From a phage, in the sequence record PZ445487.1: DNA of 64,000 nucleotides. One strand, written 5' to 3'. Position numbers and translations under genes: made by a program. The notes beneath the pieces were generated by a model that worked only from the letters and a program-made list of their open reading frames with translations, was not told the origin of the DNA and searched no databases. Numbering within the stretch: position 1 is the stretch's first letter; each line of letters starts with the position of its first letter. Of this stretch, positions 29,108 through 38,420 are shown piece by piece.

Positions 29108-29682
29108 AATACAATTCCTAAATTTGTGTATAACAACTCAGCCAGGGTTACAGGACGCTTGAATTGTTCCCAACTGCAGTTCAGGTATTCGCGCTCTTCG
29201 CGAATATTTTCGTGAAGATGACCATGGATATTATACGCCCAACGGTCTAATTGATAAGGAACATGTGTTGTCAACACACAGCCAACAGGCGTGTCACGTT
29301 CGTACATAGCGCCGAAGGAGCTAATCCAGCCGTCCAGATACAGAGACAACAACATCTTAAAGCTGTCATGGTTGCCTTGTGCCACCTTGATGATAAAGTT
29401 CGGACGCCAGTCATCGGGAACGGGGCGTCGCTTAAACTCATCAATGTTTCGCTTGGCACCCTCCCGCATCAGGCGAATGAACCCTTCAGCCCCGATGAAG
29501 CATATATCACCAGCCAGTTCAAGAACGTCCCGAGACTTCAACCCCTGAAAGATACTGTCAATGACCGCAGCGTCATGGGCTTCCTGTGTATCAAATCCAC
29601 GCGGTTTAAAGACCTTCTTATGCCCAAGATGAGTGTCACCAAGGTGCTTTACAATTCCCGCCATTATGGTTTCCTCAGCCAT
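29104..29682 (-). CDS. calcineurin-like metallophosphoesterase
   Basis: GDTHLG, GNHD and GHLH metal-binding motifs. Confidence 0.6.
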   Translation of the reverse strand: MAEETIMAGIVKHLGDTHLGHKKVFKPRGFDTQEAHDAAVIDSIFQGLKSRDVLELAGDICFIGAEGFIRLMREGAKRNIDEFKRRPVPDDWRPNFIIKVAQGNHDSFKMLLSLYLDGWISSFGAMYERDTPVGCVLTTHVPYQLDRWAYNIHGHLHENIREEREYLNCSWEQFKRPVTLAELLYTNLGIVL

Positions 29683-30005
29683 TCTAAAATCGGTACGTTC
29701 ACAAACCCTTTATGCCAACGATGCGGTTTGTGACCTCTATTATGTTCGAGCAAACACGTGTCTGGTGGGACACTGAAGTGGATGCCGTCGATGTCGTAGT
29801 AATGTCCATCAATCAGAGTATACACATGACCTTCAATCTGGCTATAATGGATCTCTGCTTGAGGATACACATGCTTCAGAACCAGAGCAACCTGATAGCA
29901 CTTTCCGTTCTTCCCAACATACTCAACATCCACCTGTTGTGGGAAGACGTCTTTGATAAGATTTATCAATCTCGTGATGTCATTTACAACAACCGAACAT
30001 TTCAT
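29664..30005 (-). CDS. hypothetical protein
   Basis: 113-aa ORF. Confidence 0.4.
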   Translation of the reverse strand: MKCSVVVNDITRLINLIKDVFPQQVDVEYVGKNGKCYQVALVLKHVYPQAEIHYSQIEGHVYTLIDGHYYDIDGIHFSVPPDTCLLEHNRGHKPHRWHKGFVNVPILEWLRKP

Positions 30006-30007
30006 CT

Positions 30008-30670
30008 CTATGATAACTCATGGCGATGTCGAACACAGGCAGGGCAATCACAATTCTTTTTCAAAATTGGCAATTCACACCATGTCATTAAGTCATGTAT
30101 TGGGGACATGTGATGATAGAACCAAGATTTCTTGAGACTAATCAATGGATATAAAATTTCAATAGATCTTTCCCCGTCTCTGGTCATCATGTTGTATCCT
30201 TCAATAACTTTATTAAAGGCGGGTATCCAGTGTATTGCGTCATCGCCGTTAACATATGCCAAGATATACGTGGGTGGCAAGCCACTGCCTTTAAATTGCG
30301 TGTTTAATAACCATATCGGGGCTTGTGCTAAACAAGCGCGAAAACCACCGTTCGGGACGTTGATGCTACTGATAGGTTCTTGATGATGTGTCCAACGATA
30401 CATGAGAAGTGGGGCATTTTTATTAATCCAGTTGTATATTTTATTCCTCGCCCAATTTTCGCGTTTAGATTTAAATTTATTATTTTCGAGGTGGCAATAC
30501 ACAGTATGAACTGAATATCCTTTCGATAGCAACCAAATCAACATGTATGTGCTATCCACCCCACCAGACCAGAACAACGTCACTTCTTGATTATTCTGCG
30601 GCAATGGAGCATCCCCTTGAAGAACACGGTATACAAAATCACAATCAGATATTGAGACAACAATTTCCAT
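30008..30670 (-). CDS. QueC-like PP-loop ATPase
   Basis: PP-loop LFWSGGVDS (SGGxDS); C-terminal CDCPACVRH cysteine cluster as in the QueC zinc site; 220 aa. Confidence 0.55.
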   Translation of the reverse strand: MEIVVSISDCDFVYRVLQGDAPLPQNNQEVTLFWSGGVDSTYMLIWLLSKGYSVHTVYCHLENNKFKSKRENWARNKIYNWINKNAPLLMYRWTHHQEPISSINVPNGGFRACLAQAPIWLLNTQFKGSGLPPTYILAYVNGDDAIHWIPAFNKVIEGYNMMTRDGERSIEILYPLISLKKSWFYHHMSPIHDLMTWCELPILKKNCDCPACVRHRHELS

Positions 30671-30966
30671 TAAAATATTCCTCTTAAAGAATCATTTATC
30701 CTGCGCAATTCGTTTTCCACTTTTATCTTCATATTTTTATCGTCGTTCACGAAAATCATTTTATCTAAATCTTCGCCATTAATCTTTGTATAAAAATAAA
30801 TGTCATGCTCAAAGAAAATCGTTTTTCCAACAGAACGCATGGCAAAGAACGTTGCGATAGTTCTTGGTAAAGGTTTGAATTTAATGGCATTGAAACGCAA
30901 AGCCTGATAGAGAGGTTTTAATGTTCCTAAGCGAATACAATGCTGGATAATTTCTTGCTCTTTCAT
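30670..30966 (-). CDS. hypothetical protein
   Basis: 98-aa ORF; extended -10 (TGTATAAT) upstream in minus orientation. Confidence 0.4.
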   Translation of the reverse strand: MKEQEIIQHCIRLGTLKPLYQALRFNAIKFKPLPRTIATFFAMRSVGKTIFFEHDIYFYTKINGEDLDKMIFVNDDKNMKIKVENELRRINDSLRGIF

Positions 30967-31023
30967 TTGTTGTGTGCCATAAAGATATGATGGTACAATG
31001 ATAATACATTATACAAATAGAAA

Positions 31024-31040
31024 AGCCCCTTTCGGGGCTT
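31024..31040 (-). terminator. rho-independent terminator (GCCCC-GAAA-GGGGC)
   Basis: hairpin immediately after stop of 31039-31329 gene, followed by T-run in minus orientation. Confidence 0.55.
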
Positions 31041-31329
31041 ATTTGTCTTCAGATTCGTACAAACGCCAATTGCCGATGCTAAACCATTCCCCTACATTAT
31101 TTGAATATCTGGTTGTTCGGACTCCTCCGACTTCATACGCCCATTTGAAGAATTTCCATTTGGACGATAAAGAAGGACATTCGCTTCCAGATTTCAAAGA
31201 ACACGCTGTGAGCCAACGTGTAATACTGAGAGCCTGAAAAATCGGATGGATAAATGAAGAATACAATATCCAAAGCGTTATGACAACAAAAACAATGGTC
31301 GTGATCACCCCGACAATTTGAAAGAACAT
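31039..31329 (-). CDS. small membrane protein
   Basis: GGAGG RBS; TM helix IVGVITTIVFVVITLWILY; chosen over overlapping 31133-31390 ORF. Confidence 0.4.
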   Translation of the reverse strand: MFFQIVGVITTIVFVVITLWILYSSFIHPIFQALSITRWLTACSLKSGSECPSLSSKWKFFKWAYEVGGVRTTRYSNNVGEWFSIGNWRLYESEDK

Positions 31330-31406
31330 TTAAGAACCTCCAAAATATTGAACACAGACTATGAAGAAAACTATGATTGTAAACAACCATGAAAACAAGG
31401 AAAGAT

Positions 31407-32039
31407 TCATCCTTCTACCTTCAGCCCCATCAGGTCTTCCATGGTTTTCTGAATGCGTAGCCAGTCAAGCGCCGCATCATAACGAGGATCATGATAGACC
31501 ATGCCTTCCAGTTCCCACGCCTTGATACCAGCATATCGATCCTGCTGCCCAACACCCTTCAGCCAGCTTACGATGTCAAATGTGTGGTGATAGTCCCAAG
31601 GTTCGTTGGAATCTTGCTTACACGTCACCTCAATGATGTGCTGAGCCTTGCGTAGGTCAAACAGATTCCTATCACACCAGTCAACCGATCGCGGGTCGAT
31701 CCCAAGGCGATGGCATCCCCTGCGAATTTCATCGGCCAATTTGAAAATAGAAATATCCTTGTCGGTCGGATATAGACTGATAGTTCGGGCGGCGTCGCAC
31801 GGGTTGCGTTTACCTGTACCCAGCCACCATTCCACAGTGCCCTGGTCTTTCACACGGCCAAGTTCAATCTGTTCTTTGACATTCAGTTTGATAAATGTCG
31901 TGCGCTCTACAACAAGCTGCTGAAGAGTATAACGCTTGGTCAGGTCGGCGATAGTCTGTGCCCAAGACAACATGACAGCATCATCCCAACGACCGAGAGT
32001 TTCGCTATCAGCGACGGCCAAGAAATTAGATTTATACAT
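31407..32039 (-). CDS. possible DEDD-type 3-prime-5-prime exonuclease
   Basis: N-terminal FLAVADSETLG resembles DnaQ-like Exo I motif (D-x-E); weak. Confidence 0.35.
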   Translation of the reverse strand: MYKSNFLAVADSETLGRWDDAVMLSWAQTIADLTKRYTLQQLVVERTTFIKLNVKEQIELGRVKDQGTVEWWLGTGKRNPCDAARTISLYPTDKDISIFKLADEIRRGCHRLGIDPRSVDWCDRNLFDLRKAQHIIEVTCKQDSNEPWDYHHTFDIVSWLKGVGQQDRYAGIKAWELEGMVYHDPRYDAALDWLRIQKTMEDLMGLKVEG

Positions 32040-32376
32040 CAGTTTCCCCTGCTTTCTCTAAAAGGAGTTTCAAAGGATATGTCCCACAAGCGGTGGCATA
32101 CTCGACTTTGAAATATGAATTATCGTTCATGGCGAAATTTCGATGTGGGAAATATTCCCCGTCATCCAACCCGCCTAATCCCCCGCCGACGCGATATTGT
32201 TTCAACTCAACTTCGCCGCCATAACGGAGTTGGGCATATAGGCCGATAGGAGCGCGAACGTAATGCTCCAGCCATACCCAATTTCCGTCGTGTAAACGTG
32301 TAGGGATAAATGCAAAACGCACCTTGGGATGAAGAACGGCTTTGGCGAGCATCTCTTCTGTTATTTCACGCTTCAT
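32032..32376 (-). CDS. hypothetical protein
   Basis: 114-aa ORF. Confidence 0.4.
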   Translation of the reverse strand: MKREITEEMLAKAVLHPKVRFAFIPTRLHDGNWVWLEHYVRAPIGLYAQLRYGGEVELKQYRVGGGLGGLDDGEYFPHRNFAMNDNSYFKVEYATACGTYPLKLLLEKAGETDV

Positions 32377-32993
32377 CCAATACCTTCCTCTTCGATGATA
32401 TCTTCTTCACTAGCGACGACAGAGATTCCGTAGTCCACCATCTGGGAAAGTTCTTGTAAATCTTGTTCAAACCCGTCACCCTGTCGGATATAAAAGACGG
32501 GTACGACACGACGCCTGGTATCTTCGAAGATAGTCTCCGCGATTTTATTAATCTGACTCACTACATGAAACAGTTTCAAACCACCGATGCCACAGCCGAT
32601 GGCGGGTAAACCAACATAGACTGTTTCGTCAGTTTTTGCCTCAATGATATCGTGAACTTGTTCAAACATAATCTGAACTGAACTGATAATGGAAGGCATG
32701 CGTGCGTTAGGACCAGGGTAGAACTGAGTATACAAATTGAATCCCCAGACACCAGTGTCATGATCAAACGCATAGGACATGTTCCCCAAACGTTGTTCCG
32801 GACCACGTTCATCTAATTGGTCGGCTCGGTAAATTTCTGGGAAATCTAATCGAACATGGTTGGCGATACCTGCGCCCATCACAGACCAACAATTTGCTCC
32901 ATGAGCGAAAGCATTGATGAGATTAAAACTCGTAGCGGCTTTCAGTAAATCGCCGTTTGTGATAACATATGTGGTCATGCGTAACGTCTCCAT
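32373..32993 (-). CDS. macro-domain protein (ADP-ribose binding/processing)
   Basis: YVITNGDLL...INAFAHGANCWSVMGAGIA matches macro-domain N-terminal signature; GLPAIGCGIGG second glycine-rich motif. Confidence 0.55.
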   Translation of the reverse strand: METLRMTTYVITNGDLLKAATSFNLINAFAHGANCWSVMGAGIANHVRLDFPEIYRADQLDERGPEQRLGNMSYAFDHDTGVWGFNLYTQFYPGPNARMPSIISSVQIMFEQVHDIIEAKTDETVYVGLPAIGCGIGGLKLFHVVSQINKIAETIFEDTRRRVVPVFYIRQGDGFEQDLQELSQMVDYGISVVASEEDIIEEEGIG

Positions 32994-33211
32994 TGTATAA
33001 TTTCGTTGTTGACACAGCTAACCTGGATGATACACATATTCTGGCGATGGTCAGTGAGTGTCATAATAAAACTATCTGTCTGTGTCATAACGCAATTGAC
33101 AGATATTCCTCGCATCATCAAACGAACACAGATTTCTTGATATAATCGTTTCATGTATCCTGAAACTGAAGCGGACTCATACACGCGTTCAAATTCATAT
33201 AACTCGTTCAT
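32975..33211 (-). CDS. hypothetical protein
   Basis: 78-aa ORF. Confidence 0.35.
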   Translation of the reverse strand: MNELYEFERVYESASVSGYMKRLYQEICVRLMMRGISVNCVMTQTDSFIMTLTDHRQNMCIIQVSCVNNEIIQWRRYA

Positions 33212-33432
33212 TTATTCAGACCATCAATAGCGTGTTCAGAAATATATTCAACAAATTGGTTATCAGCTGCCATCTTTAAAAGTTCAAATAATTCCGTTCC
33301 AACGGTACTCCCAAACATCCCTTCCAATACACCCTGAACATCTTCATCTATTTCTTCGATGACGAGTCCATACGATTTCAGGCGGCGTGAAATAGCACGG
33401 AACTGGGCAATATCACCAATTTCATTTGCCAT
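33208..33432 (-). CDS. hypothetical protein
   Basis: 74-aa acidic ORF. Confidence 0.35.
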   Translation of the reverse strand: MANEIGDIAQFRAISRRLKSYGLVIEEIDEDVQGVLEGMFGSTVGTELFELLKMAADNQFVEYISEHAIDGLNK

Positions 33433-33481
33433 GTTATTTGTCTCATTATGGGGTTAGGCGGCAATTATACCGCCAATTTAT

Positions 33482-33895
33482 TCAATAGAGGTCTTCGGAA
33501 AAGAGTTTTTTGAAAGGAGTGTTCTTCAAACGGACCTGATTAGTTTGTCCGGCTTCACGGGCGACCACAGCGGCCTCTTCACGGGACATCCATTGCCCAT
33601 AGTTATCAATAAACCCTTGTTCACGAGTGTGGGTGGTTTCGATAATACCTGCTTCCTTCAATCGTTTGAGTTGCGTGTTCATCAATTTGTCGTGATGTCG
33701 GGCGCTTACAACGATCACATCACCATATTTGTTGGCAGCAGCCACAACACGCCGATCAAACTTGGTTGGGTCAGGTATATCACGAGCATACAAGGCGATG
33801 TGAGTGTCGTCCACGTCCCCTTTCACTTCAGAGTATAATTGACACCCATTAGGAGATCCAGTAGGCAAAGAACGAAAATATCCAAGTAATTTCAT
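33482..33895 (-). CDS. hypothetical protein
   Basis: 137-aa ORF. Confidence 0.4.
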   Translation of the reverse strand: MKLLGYFRSLPTGSPNGCQLYSEVKGDVDDTHIALYARDIPDPTKFDRRVVAAANKYGDVIVVSARHHDKLMNTQLKRLKEAGIIETTHTREQGFIDNYGQWMSREEAAVVAREAGQTNQVRLKNTPFKKLFSEDLY

Positions 33896-33898
33896 AAT

Positions 33899-34258
33899 CT
33901 AATCTATCCATATTTCAGGTTCAGGAATATCGACCATCTCCACGGTTTGATTCTTTAATTCGTGGAAACAATCTCCAAGGAATTGTAATTTACCATCAGT
34001 CAAGAACAAATGACAACGACTCGCCGGATGAGAATGATTCACCAACAGACTAGGAGTGAAAGTCGGTGATTCGAGATCGTGATTCCATTGCCATATTGGG
34101 CCAGGCATTTGCCCTGAAATGCGATAAGGATGAAGCATATTACATCCAGGACAATGAAAATATATGGAACCACCCATTGATAATAATTTTGGAGTCAATA
34201 ATTTTGACATATCACGCCTCCACTTCTTCATCAGGATTGTATGGGTGTAATTCTCCAA
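33899..34258 (-). CDS. hypothetical protein with CPGC motif
   Basis: 119-aa ORF. Confidence 0.4.
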   Translation of the reverse strand: MENYTHTILMKKWRRDMSKLLTPKLLSMGGSIYFHCPGCNMLHPYRISGQMPGPIWQWNHDLESPTFTPSLLVNHSHPASRCHLFLTDGKLQFLGDCFHELKNQTVEMVDIPEPEIWID

Positions 34259-34523
34259 TTAACTTAGGGAATAATGCGAATCCAAATAAATTAAATGAAC
34301 GCATGGTGCCAACCATACCCACTTCATCCGATTCGGTTACATCAGAAAGAGCGCAAAGAGGTATCCATAAATCTTGTTGGCCTTCATGATTGACAAAAGC
34401 AACTTCCTCTTTAATAAAACGAGGGCATAAGATATCGAACAACCAATAGAAGAAAGTCAGCAATGAGAGACTGCGGAAATATACAAACATGGTGAACCCC
34501 TTGCTTGTTTGGAGGGAATTCAC
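34212..34523 (-). CDS. hypothetical protein
   Basis: 103-aa ORF. Confidence 0.3.
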   Translation of the reverse strand: MNSLQTSKGFTMFVYFRSLSLLTFFYWLFDILCPRFIKEEVAFVNHEGQQDLWIPLCALSDVTESDEVGMVGTMRSFNLFGFALFPKLIGELHPYNPDEEVEA

Positions 34524-34532
34524 CCTCCGGAT

Positions 34533-35945
34533 TTATAGGCCCAATGCCTTTTCAAGATCATCTAAATCTTCAGTATAAAGATCGATGTCTTGCTTATTAT
34601 TTAATTCTTCTCGTTGAACTTCTAAATTCTTTATCTGGTTCAACAAACGTTCACGGGCATCTAGTGTAATTGATGATAAAGACATCTTGAATAAATCATC
34701 GAGATCGCCATCAAAATCAGGATAGTCTGTCTGGAATAACGCTTTCAGTTCCGTGAGGCTCCGGCGCATATCTGTAACGACAGCCCACCCAATGAATATG
34801 GCACGATTGTTCAAACGGTGTATTTTGTCGGTCAATTCCTTGATAAGATACTGACGTCTATCTTCATAGCGACTCAGGCGATAATTGAAAAATGGAAGCA
34901 ACATATCTTTCCAACCATCGTAACGGTGAATAACACCATCTTCATCCCAAGCTGTCCACACGGGCTTATTAGCTGAGTAGAGGCGGAACATTTGTTCAAC
35001 CTGTTCGTCATTCAACTTAGACAATTCACCCCGCTTGAATACAACAGTGATATCCCAACCATCTTCGGTCGTATCGTTAGCATATTCAGTGAGTATGCCG
35101 GATTTGTACAACGGCAACAACACTTTGGTCTCATAGGTTTTAGAGAACCAACCAATAGGAACCTCGGTGATGTTCAGAGTGGTTGCATTGACGCGGGTGA
35201 ACAAACCACGACTGTATGCTCTTCCTTCCTCAGTATAGCCTGTCTCTCCTTTGAAACCATTCCAGTACGGTTTTAAGTCCTTCGGGTCTTCGCCACGGAG
35301 AAGTGCTCTCAGGGCACTGAGTACGGACTTAACGCAGTGACATGGGGTGTCGGTGGCATAACCCGAGCCGATACCATTGATACCATTCACGAGAAACATG
35401 GGCAGGATGGGTAAAAAGAATTTCGGCTCCAGTTTCTCTTCCCCAAGATAATTGTATTCCAATATCCCATCGTCCTCCTTTCGGAAGATTTTACGGATAA
35501 CTTCAGACACTGCCACTGAAATATAACGAGCGGAAGACGCTTCGCGCCCCATGATTGAACCAAACTGTCCGTCGCGGTCAAAGTATGGGATGTTATTCGT
35601 ACCTGGGAACCCCTGAGCCATGTTCACGATCGTACCGCTCATGTTCTCACCACCGGATTTGTAATTCGTGCGAGCGGCGGCGAACATGCCAAGGCGGTCA
35701 ACAATCTCCTCCTTGTTGTATTCAAGAGCAGCGAAGAGTATCTTGCGCTGGCTTGGCTTCAGGCTGTCAATCAGCTGAGGGATTTGACGGATGCTGTTGA
35801 CCACGGAAAACTCCTTGTGGTCAGTGTTGACAAAGTCCGTTACAGTAATGCTCTTGGCAACCATCTTATTCATCCTCGGTTTCAAATAGGCAAACATCGC
35901 TAAACCAGGTTTTGCGGTAATCGGCGGCCTCATCACCGAAGCCAT
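34533..35945 (-). CDS. 52: DNA topoisomerase II medium subunit (gp52, GyrA-like)
   Basis: LKPSQRKILFAA (GyrA/ParC RDGLKPVQRR-like), active-site region SARYI; start may be an internal ATG near 35873. Confidence 0.7.
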   Translation of the reverse strand: MASVMRPPITAKPGLAMFAYLKPRMNKMVAKSITVTDFVNTDHKEFSVVNSIRQIPQLIDSLKPSQRKILFAALEYNKEEIVDRLGMFAAARTNYKSGGENMSGTIVNMAQGFPGTNNIPYFDRDGQFGSIMGREASSARYISVAVSEVIRKIFRKEDDGILEYNYLGEEKLEPKFFLPILPMFLVNGINGIGSGYATDTPCHCVKSVLSALRALLRGEDPKDLKPYWNGFKGETGYTEEGRAYSRGLFTRVNATTLNITEVPIGWFSKTYETKVLLPLYKSGILTEYANDTTEDGWDITVVFKRGELSKLNDEQVEQMFRLYSANKPVWTAWDEDGVIHRYDGWKDMLLPFFNYRLSRYEDRRQYLIKELTDKIHRLNNRAIFIGWAVVTDMRRSLTELKALFQTDYPDFDGDLDDLFKMSLSSITLDARERLLNQIKNLEVQREELNNKQDIDLYTEDLDDLEKALGL

Positions 35946-37779
35946 TCTTCAGTGACTGCTTGTATCCATCGTCCAGCGTGACCGTCGTAGTATACGCATC
36001 CAGGTTGTTTAGAATACGCTTGAAGTCTTCAGTGCTGTTACCGCCAAGACCTTTCAGATATTTCTTCTTCGTGATCTTCTTGGCGTCAGGTGTCTTCAGG
36101 AACTCCTCATATTCGGCATTGTTCATGAATTCATGCATTATATTACCACACCACACGCGCATGTATGGGGTACGAAGGAGCTTCAGCCTACCCTGACGAA
36201 CGTATTCAGGCCAGAACGTACAATACAGAGTTATTAACAACCCACGGATGTGAATGCCGTCGTCATCCGCGTCTGTTGCCACGACGGTCTGTGGATAGCG
36301 ACTGATATCAAGCGGCTGGCCTGGCACAGCACCGCCGTGAATGGTGCATAAATTCTTGAATTCTTCGTTCGCCATCACTTTTGAGCGCGGGGCGTTCAAG
36401 CAGTTGATAAACTTACCACGAAGCGGGAACAAACCAATTTTCTTGGTATCACGAGCGTTCAGGATAGGGTTGGATGCGCTATCACCTTCTGTCAGTAGCA
36501 GCGAACACCCACTGCGGTCGCCTCTGGCGGTCGCCGGATAATACTTCTCAATCTCACGATAATCCCGTTTGCTGATATCCTTCTTCGCCTTTTCAAATTC
36601 GGCATCTTCTTGTTCATTGCGTAATGAAGCCAGTTCTTTACTCAGCCCTGCTGTCACGAACTCAAGCGCCTTACGAATCAGACGTTCGCTTGGCTTGTAG
36701 GTCGTGCCAAACTGGCTAACAGGAGTCGTCATGCGCTCCTTGGTCTGGCTGTCAAAGCGAGGGTTGTTGATGTCGGCGGCGATGAACAATGACATGTGGT
36801 TCTTGATCATCGCTGGCTTCAGTTCGGTCTTGAACTTCTTAACCAGCTGAGGGCGTATAGCCGCCACGATCTGGTCAGCAACATAATCAACGTGAGGTCC
36901 ACCGATGTGCGTGGCGATTGAGTTCACGTATGATGCATGCATGAACGCACCAGATGAGGGAGTGATAGCAACAGACCAATCATCCGTTTCATCAACAGCC
37001 GAGCCAGCGTAGAAGTAATCAACGAAATGACCAAATCGATCAATGCGGATTTGCTTGCCGTTGAGAACAACCTTCAGGCGCGGGTTGCATGCCGCCACTT
37101 CGAATGCACGACGGTAAATCATGAGCAGGTTGTTCTGGTCAAGCCCCTTAACACCCAGGCGCGCATAATCAGGGATCCAGGCAATAGTGGTGCCGAACTC
37201 TTTCGGTGTATTGCCGATGACCGGATTGGACTTCTTGCTCATGTTGTCTTCAAACAGCTGAGTATAAGACTTCTTGCCGTCACTGGTAGCAACGCGGAAC
37301 CACTTTGAGAACACGTTGACGAGCGAAGCCCCTTCACCGTTCTGGCCGCCGGACTTCTGGTTGTTGTACTCCTCGTCCTCATCGTTGAAGTTGCTGCCCG
37401 CATAGAGCGAGCCAAACAACATCTCAGGGAGCCACTCATTGGTGACGCCATGCTTGACCACAGGGATACCCCCGTTGTCAGAAACGATGATTTGACCGTT
37501 CATAGGGGAGACCGTGACGGTGATTTCCGTCAAGCCTTTACCCTCAGAGGTCTTGCTGTGGTCAACACAGTTGGTGATGATTTCATCAAACTGTTTGATC
37601 AGCGCAGGGGAGTACTCAAAGTTGTCACGGAAGATGACTTTGTCTTTGGTTGGGTCATACACCCACACCGTCCCCACAGACGAACGGATACTGCCCAGAT
37701 GACGCTCTGGGCGAAGTAGGATATGCTCTATGTGAGTGAGCTTTTTGTATTTGCGTTCAATATCAATTTTGTTGGACAT
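35866..37779 (-). CDS. 39: DNA topoisomerase II large subunit (gp39, GyrB-like; appears fused with gp60 region)
   Basis: GHKL ATPase motifs, RFDSQTKER and LTEGDSA Toprim-region motifs collinear with T4 gp39; 637 aa. Confidence 0.85.
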   Translation of the reverse strand: MSNKIDIERKYKKLTHIEHILLRPERHLGSIRSSVGTVWVYDPTKDKVIFRDNFEYSPALIKQFDEIITNCVDHSKTSEGKGLTEITVTVSPMNGQIIVSDNGGIPVVKHGVTNEWLPEMLFGSLYAGSNFNDEDEEYNNQKSGGQNGEGASLVNVFSKWFRVATSDGKKSYTQLFEDNMSKKSNPVIGNTPKEFGTTIAWIPDYARLGVKGLDQNNLLMIYRRAFEVAACNPRLKVVLNGKQIRIDRFGHFVDYFYAGSAVDETDDWSVAITPSSGAFMHASYVNSIATHIGGPHVDYVADQIVAAIRPQLVKKFKTELKPAMIKNHMSLFIAADINNPRFDSQTKERMTTPVSQFGTTYKPSERLIRKALEFVTAGLSKELASLRNEQEDAEFEKAKKDISKRDYREIEKYYPATARGDRSGCSLLLTEGDSASNPILNARDTKKIGLFPLRGKFINCLNAPRSKVMANEEFKNLCTIHGGAVPGQPLDISRYPQTVVATDADDDGIHIRGLLITLYCTFWPEYVRQGRLKLLRTPYMRVWCGNIMHEFMNNAEYEEFLKTPDAKKITKKKYLKGLGGNSTEDFKRILNNLDAYTTTVTLDDGYKQSLKNGFGDEAADYRKTWFSDVCLFETEDE

Positions 37780-37828
37780 CGGCCTATCCCGTCAATGGTA
37801 AACACACAAGATTATGTATGGGGTTGGC

Positions 37829-38407
37829 TTATAGACCAAATTTACCACGCCACTTTTCAACTTTGTGTTCTATGGCATGTTCTACTTTAACGATCGTGTT
37901 GATATGGTTTTGATTATACCCACACGCCAATTTGGCAGTATTGCGTATCAGATTTGAAACCAGGTCCACCATATTATCTTCTGAACGTTGAGGTTGGTTC
38001 AGTAAACGAGTGATGCGGCCTTTGTAATGATTAACCATCGCAAGATATTTGTCTATAGTTTCAACACCACTGCAGAACCAATAATCCTCCAACGTATGTT
38101 GGCTGAGATCAGTTGTGTGATTGGCCGTAGCCAAAGCAAACACCATGGAGTCAAAGATTTCTTCTTTGGTCATAGACCCATGTTGTTGAACTTGTTGATA
38201 ATCCACAACATATAATAGATCCAGAGCCGAGATGATAACGTCCGCCACTTCACCGTTCAGGGGTTCGGATGCAGCGATTCCATAAAGCACATCTGATAGT
38301 TCACAAGACTCTTCCACGAGTTTGCAATATACAAACACAGGAGAACGATTAGGATCGCGCTGGCTGAGTTCATATGATGTGTTGAAGATAATTTTTAGAA
38401 AATTCAT
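37829..38407 (-). CDS. MazG-like nucleotide pyrophosphohydrolase
   Basis: KLVEESCELSDVL and GEVADVIISALDLL match MazG EExxE / E-x-x-D helices. Confidence 0.45.
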   Translation of the reverse strand: MNFLKIIFNTSYELSQRDPNRSPVFVYCKLVEESCELSDVLYGIAASEPLNGEVADVIISALDLLYVVDYQQVQQHGSMTKEEIFDSMVFALATANHTTDLSQHTLEDYWFCSGVETIDKYLAMVNHYKGRITRLLNQPQRSEDNMVDLVSNLIRNTAKLACGYNQNHINTIVKVEHAIEHKVEKWRGKFGL

Positions 38408-38420
38408 TTCAAATATCCTT

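Noticed and set aside
31133-31390. 85-aa minus ORF overlapping 31039-31329
   Set aside because: The competing ORF has a GGAGG RBS and a clear TM helix; this one has neither
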